Shown here: one piece after another, positions 63,337 to 64,000 of the stretch
Numbering within the stretch: the first letter of the stretch is position 1
Layout: the number at the start of each line of letters is the position of its first letter
NCBI GenBank assembly: GCA_002269645.1
Contig: NIVC01000996.1
Coordinates: 1-64,000, forward strand
DNA: 64,000 nucleotides
Reading direction: 5' to 3'
Source of the DNA: Macrostomum lignano
Taxonomy: Eukaryota
The notes under the pieces: generated by a model
What the model was told of the DNA's origin: nothing
Databases searched by the model: none
What the model saw: only the letters and a program-made list of their open reading frames with translations
Position numbers and translations under genes: made by a program

Positions 63337-63488
63337 CGACCTAAAAACCATGACTCGTGAAAGGAAACGCTTTCACGAGTGAAACGAAAGAGCCGCTTAT
63401 ACTCATCGTCGCGATACACGTCCATACTGTGTCGCTCGATATATAGTCTTAGCTCCGCAGGCACTCTGTCTGGAATGAATTCGGCCAT
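63337..63488 (-). pseudogene. Possible N-terminal fragment of a PIF/Harbinger-type transposase
   Basis: MDVYRDDEYKRLFRFTRESV resembles the DxEFxxxFRxxRxxF stretch of Harbinger transposases; no downstream DDE region found. Confidence 0.3.
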
Positions 63489-64000
63489 CTGGAATAACGC
63501 AAGTAGCCAGTGGCAGGCAGTGGCTGGAAGATTCACTTTTAAAGCAGTGGCTGGATGCTGCTCAACCAGTGAGTCACTACAGAGGAGACTCAACTTTTGC
63601 TGAGCAAGATCTCAAGACAATTTGTTTATGACTAGTTTATTCATACTGAAGCGAGTCTCTACTCAGTCACCGAGCATTTGCTGTCGGGAGAGCACTAACT
63701 CTTGGGAAATCGATTTTGAGCACTTGCTCAGGAGGACGCACTCATTTTATTCATACCGATTTGAGAATCTCGCCGAGTTTGAGCAACTACTCACGGCCAA
63801 TTATACGGCCAATTGAGTAGTCCCTGATTCGACATCTCAGTTCGATCGCCAGCTGTCTAGACAGTTCTTTGAATGCAAATTGAAGATTTTTTAGTACTAT
63901 TAGGCAGTATATTTTTAGTACTGTCTGCATCCGTGGCGCACTTTAAGCGACATTAATGCCTGCCCATTCCGCCGACTACCCTGAGCAGGTACACAAGAGC

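Overview
Animal nuclear DNA: GC-rich exons, short AT-rich spliceosomal introns and TTAGGG-type repeats. The style recalls the flatworm Macrostomum, but this is inference only. Roughly 1-30.7 kb is a Helitron nest. It holds a 9-exon Rep-helicase (RepHel) gene at 864-6551, then five head-to-tail non-autonomous units ending in hairpin+CTCG (family B, 8757-22306). It also holds three TC/hairpin+CTAG non-autonomous Helitrons (family A) carrying 2-3.5 kb satellite arrays. The right half holds host genes and DNA transposons: a 3-exon CLIC gene, a hAT-type MITE with an internal array, and two near-identical 9-exon genes for a secreted triple-vWA Cys-rich protein. It also holds an intact DD34D mariner just past the stop codon of a DEG/ENaC channel gene, a secreted neprilysin (M13)-like protein lacking HExxH, and an intronless Crypton-type tyrosine recombinase ORF. 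Several mini- and microsatellites occur; there is no CRISPR array, and I recognised no rRNA or tRNA. All gene models were spliced and translated by eye; no database searches were run.
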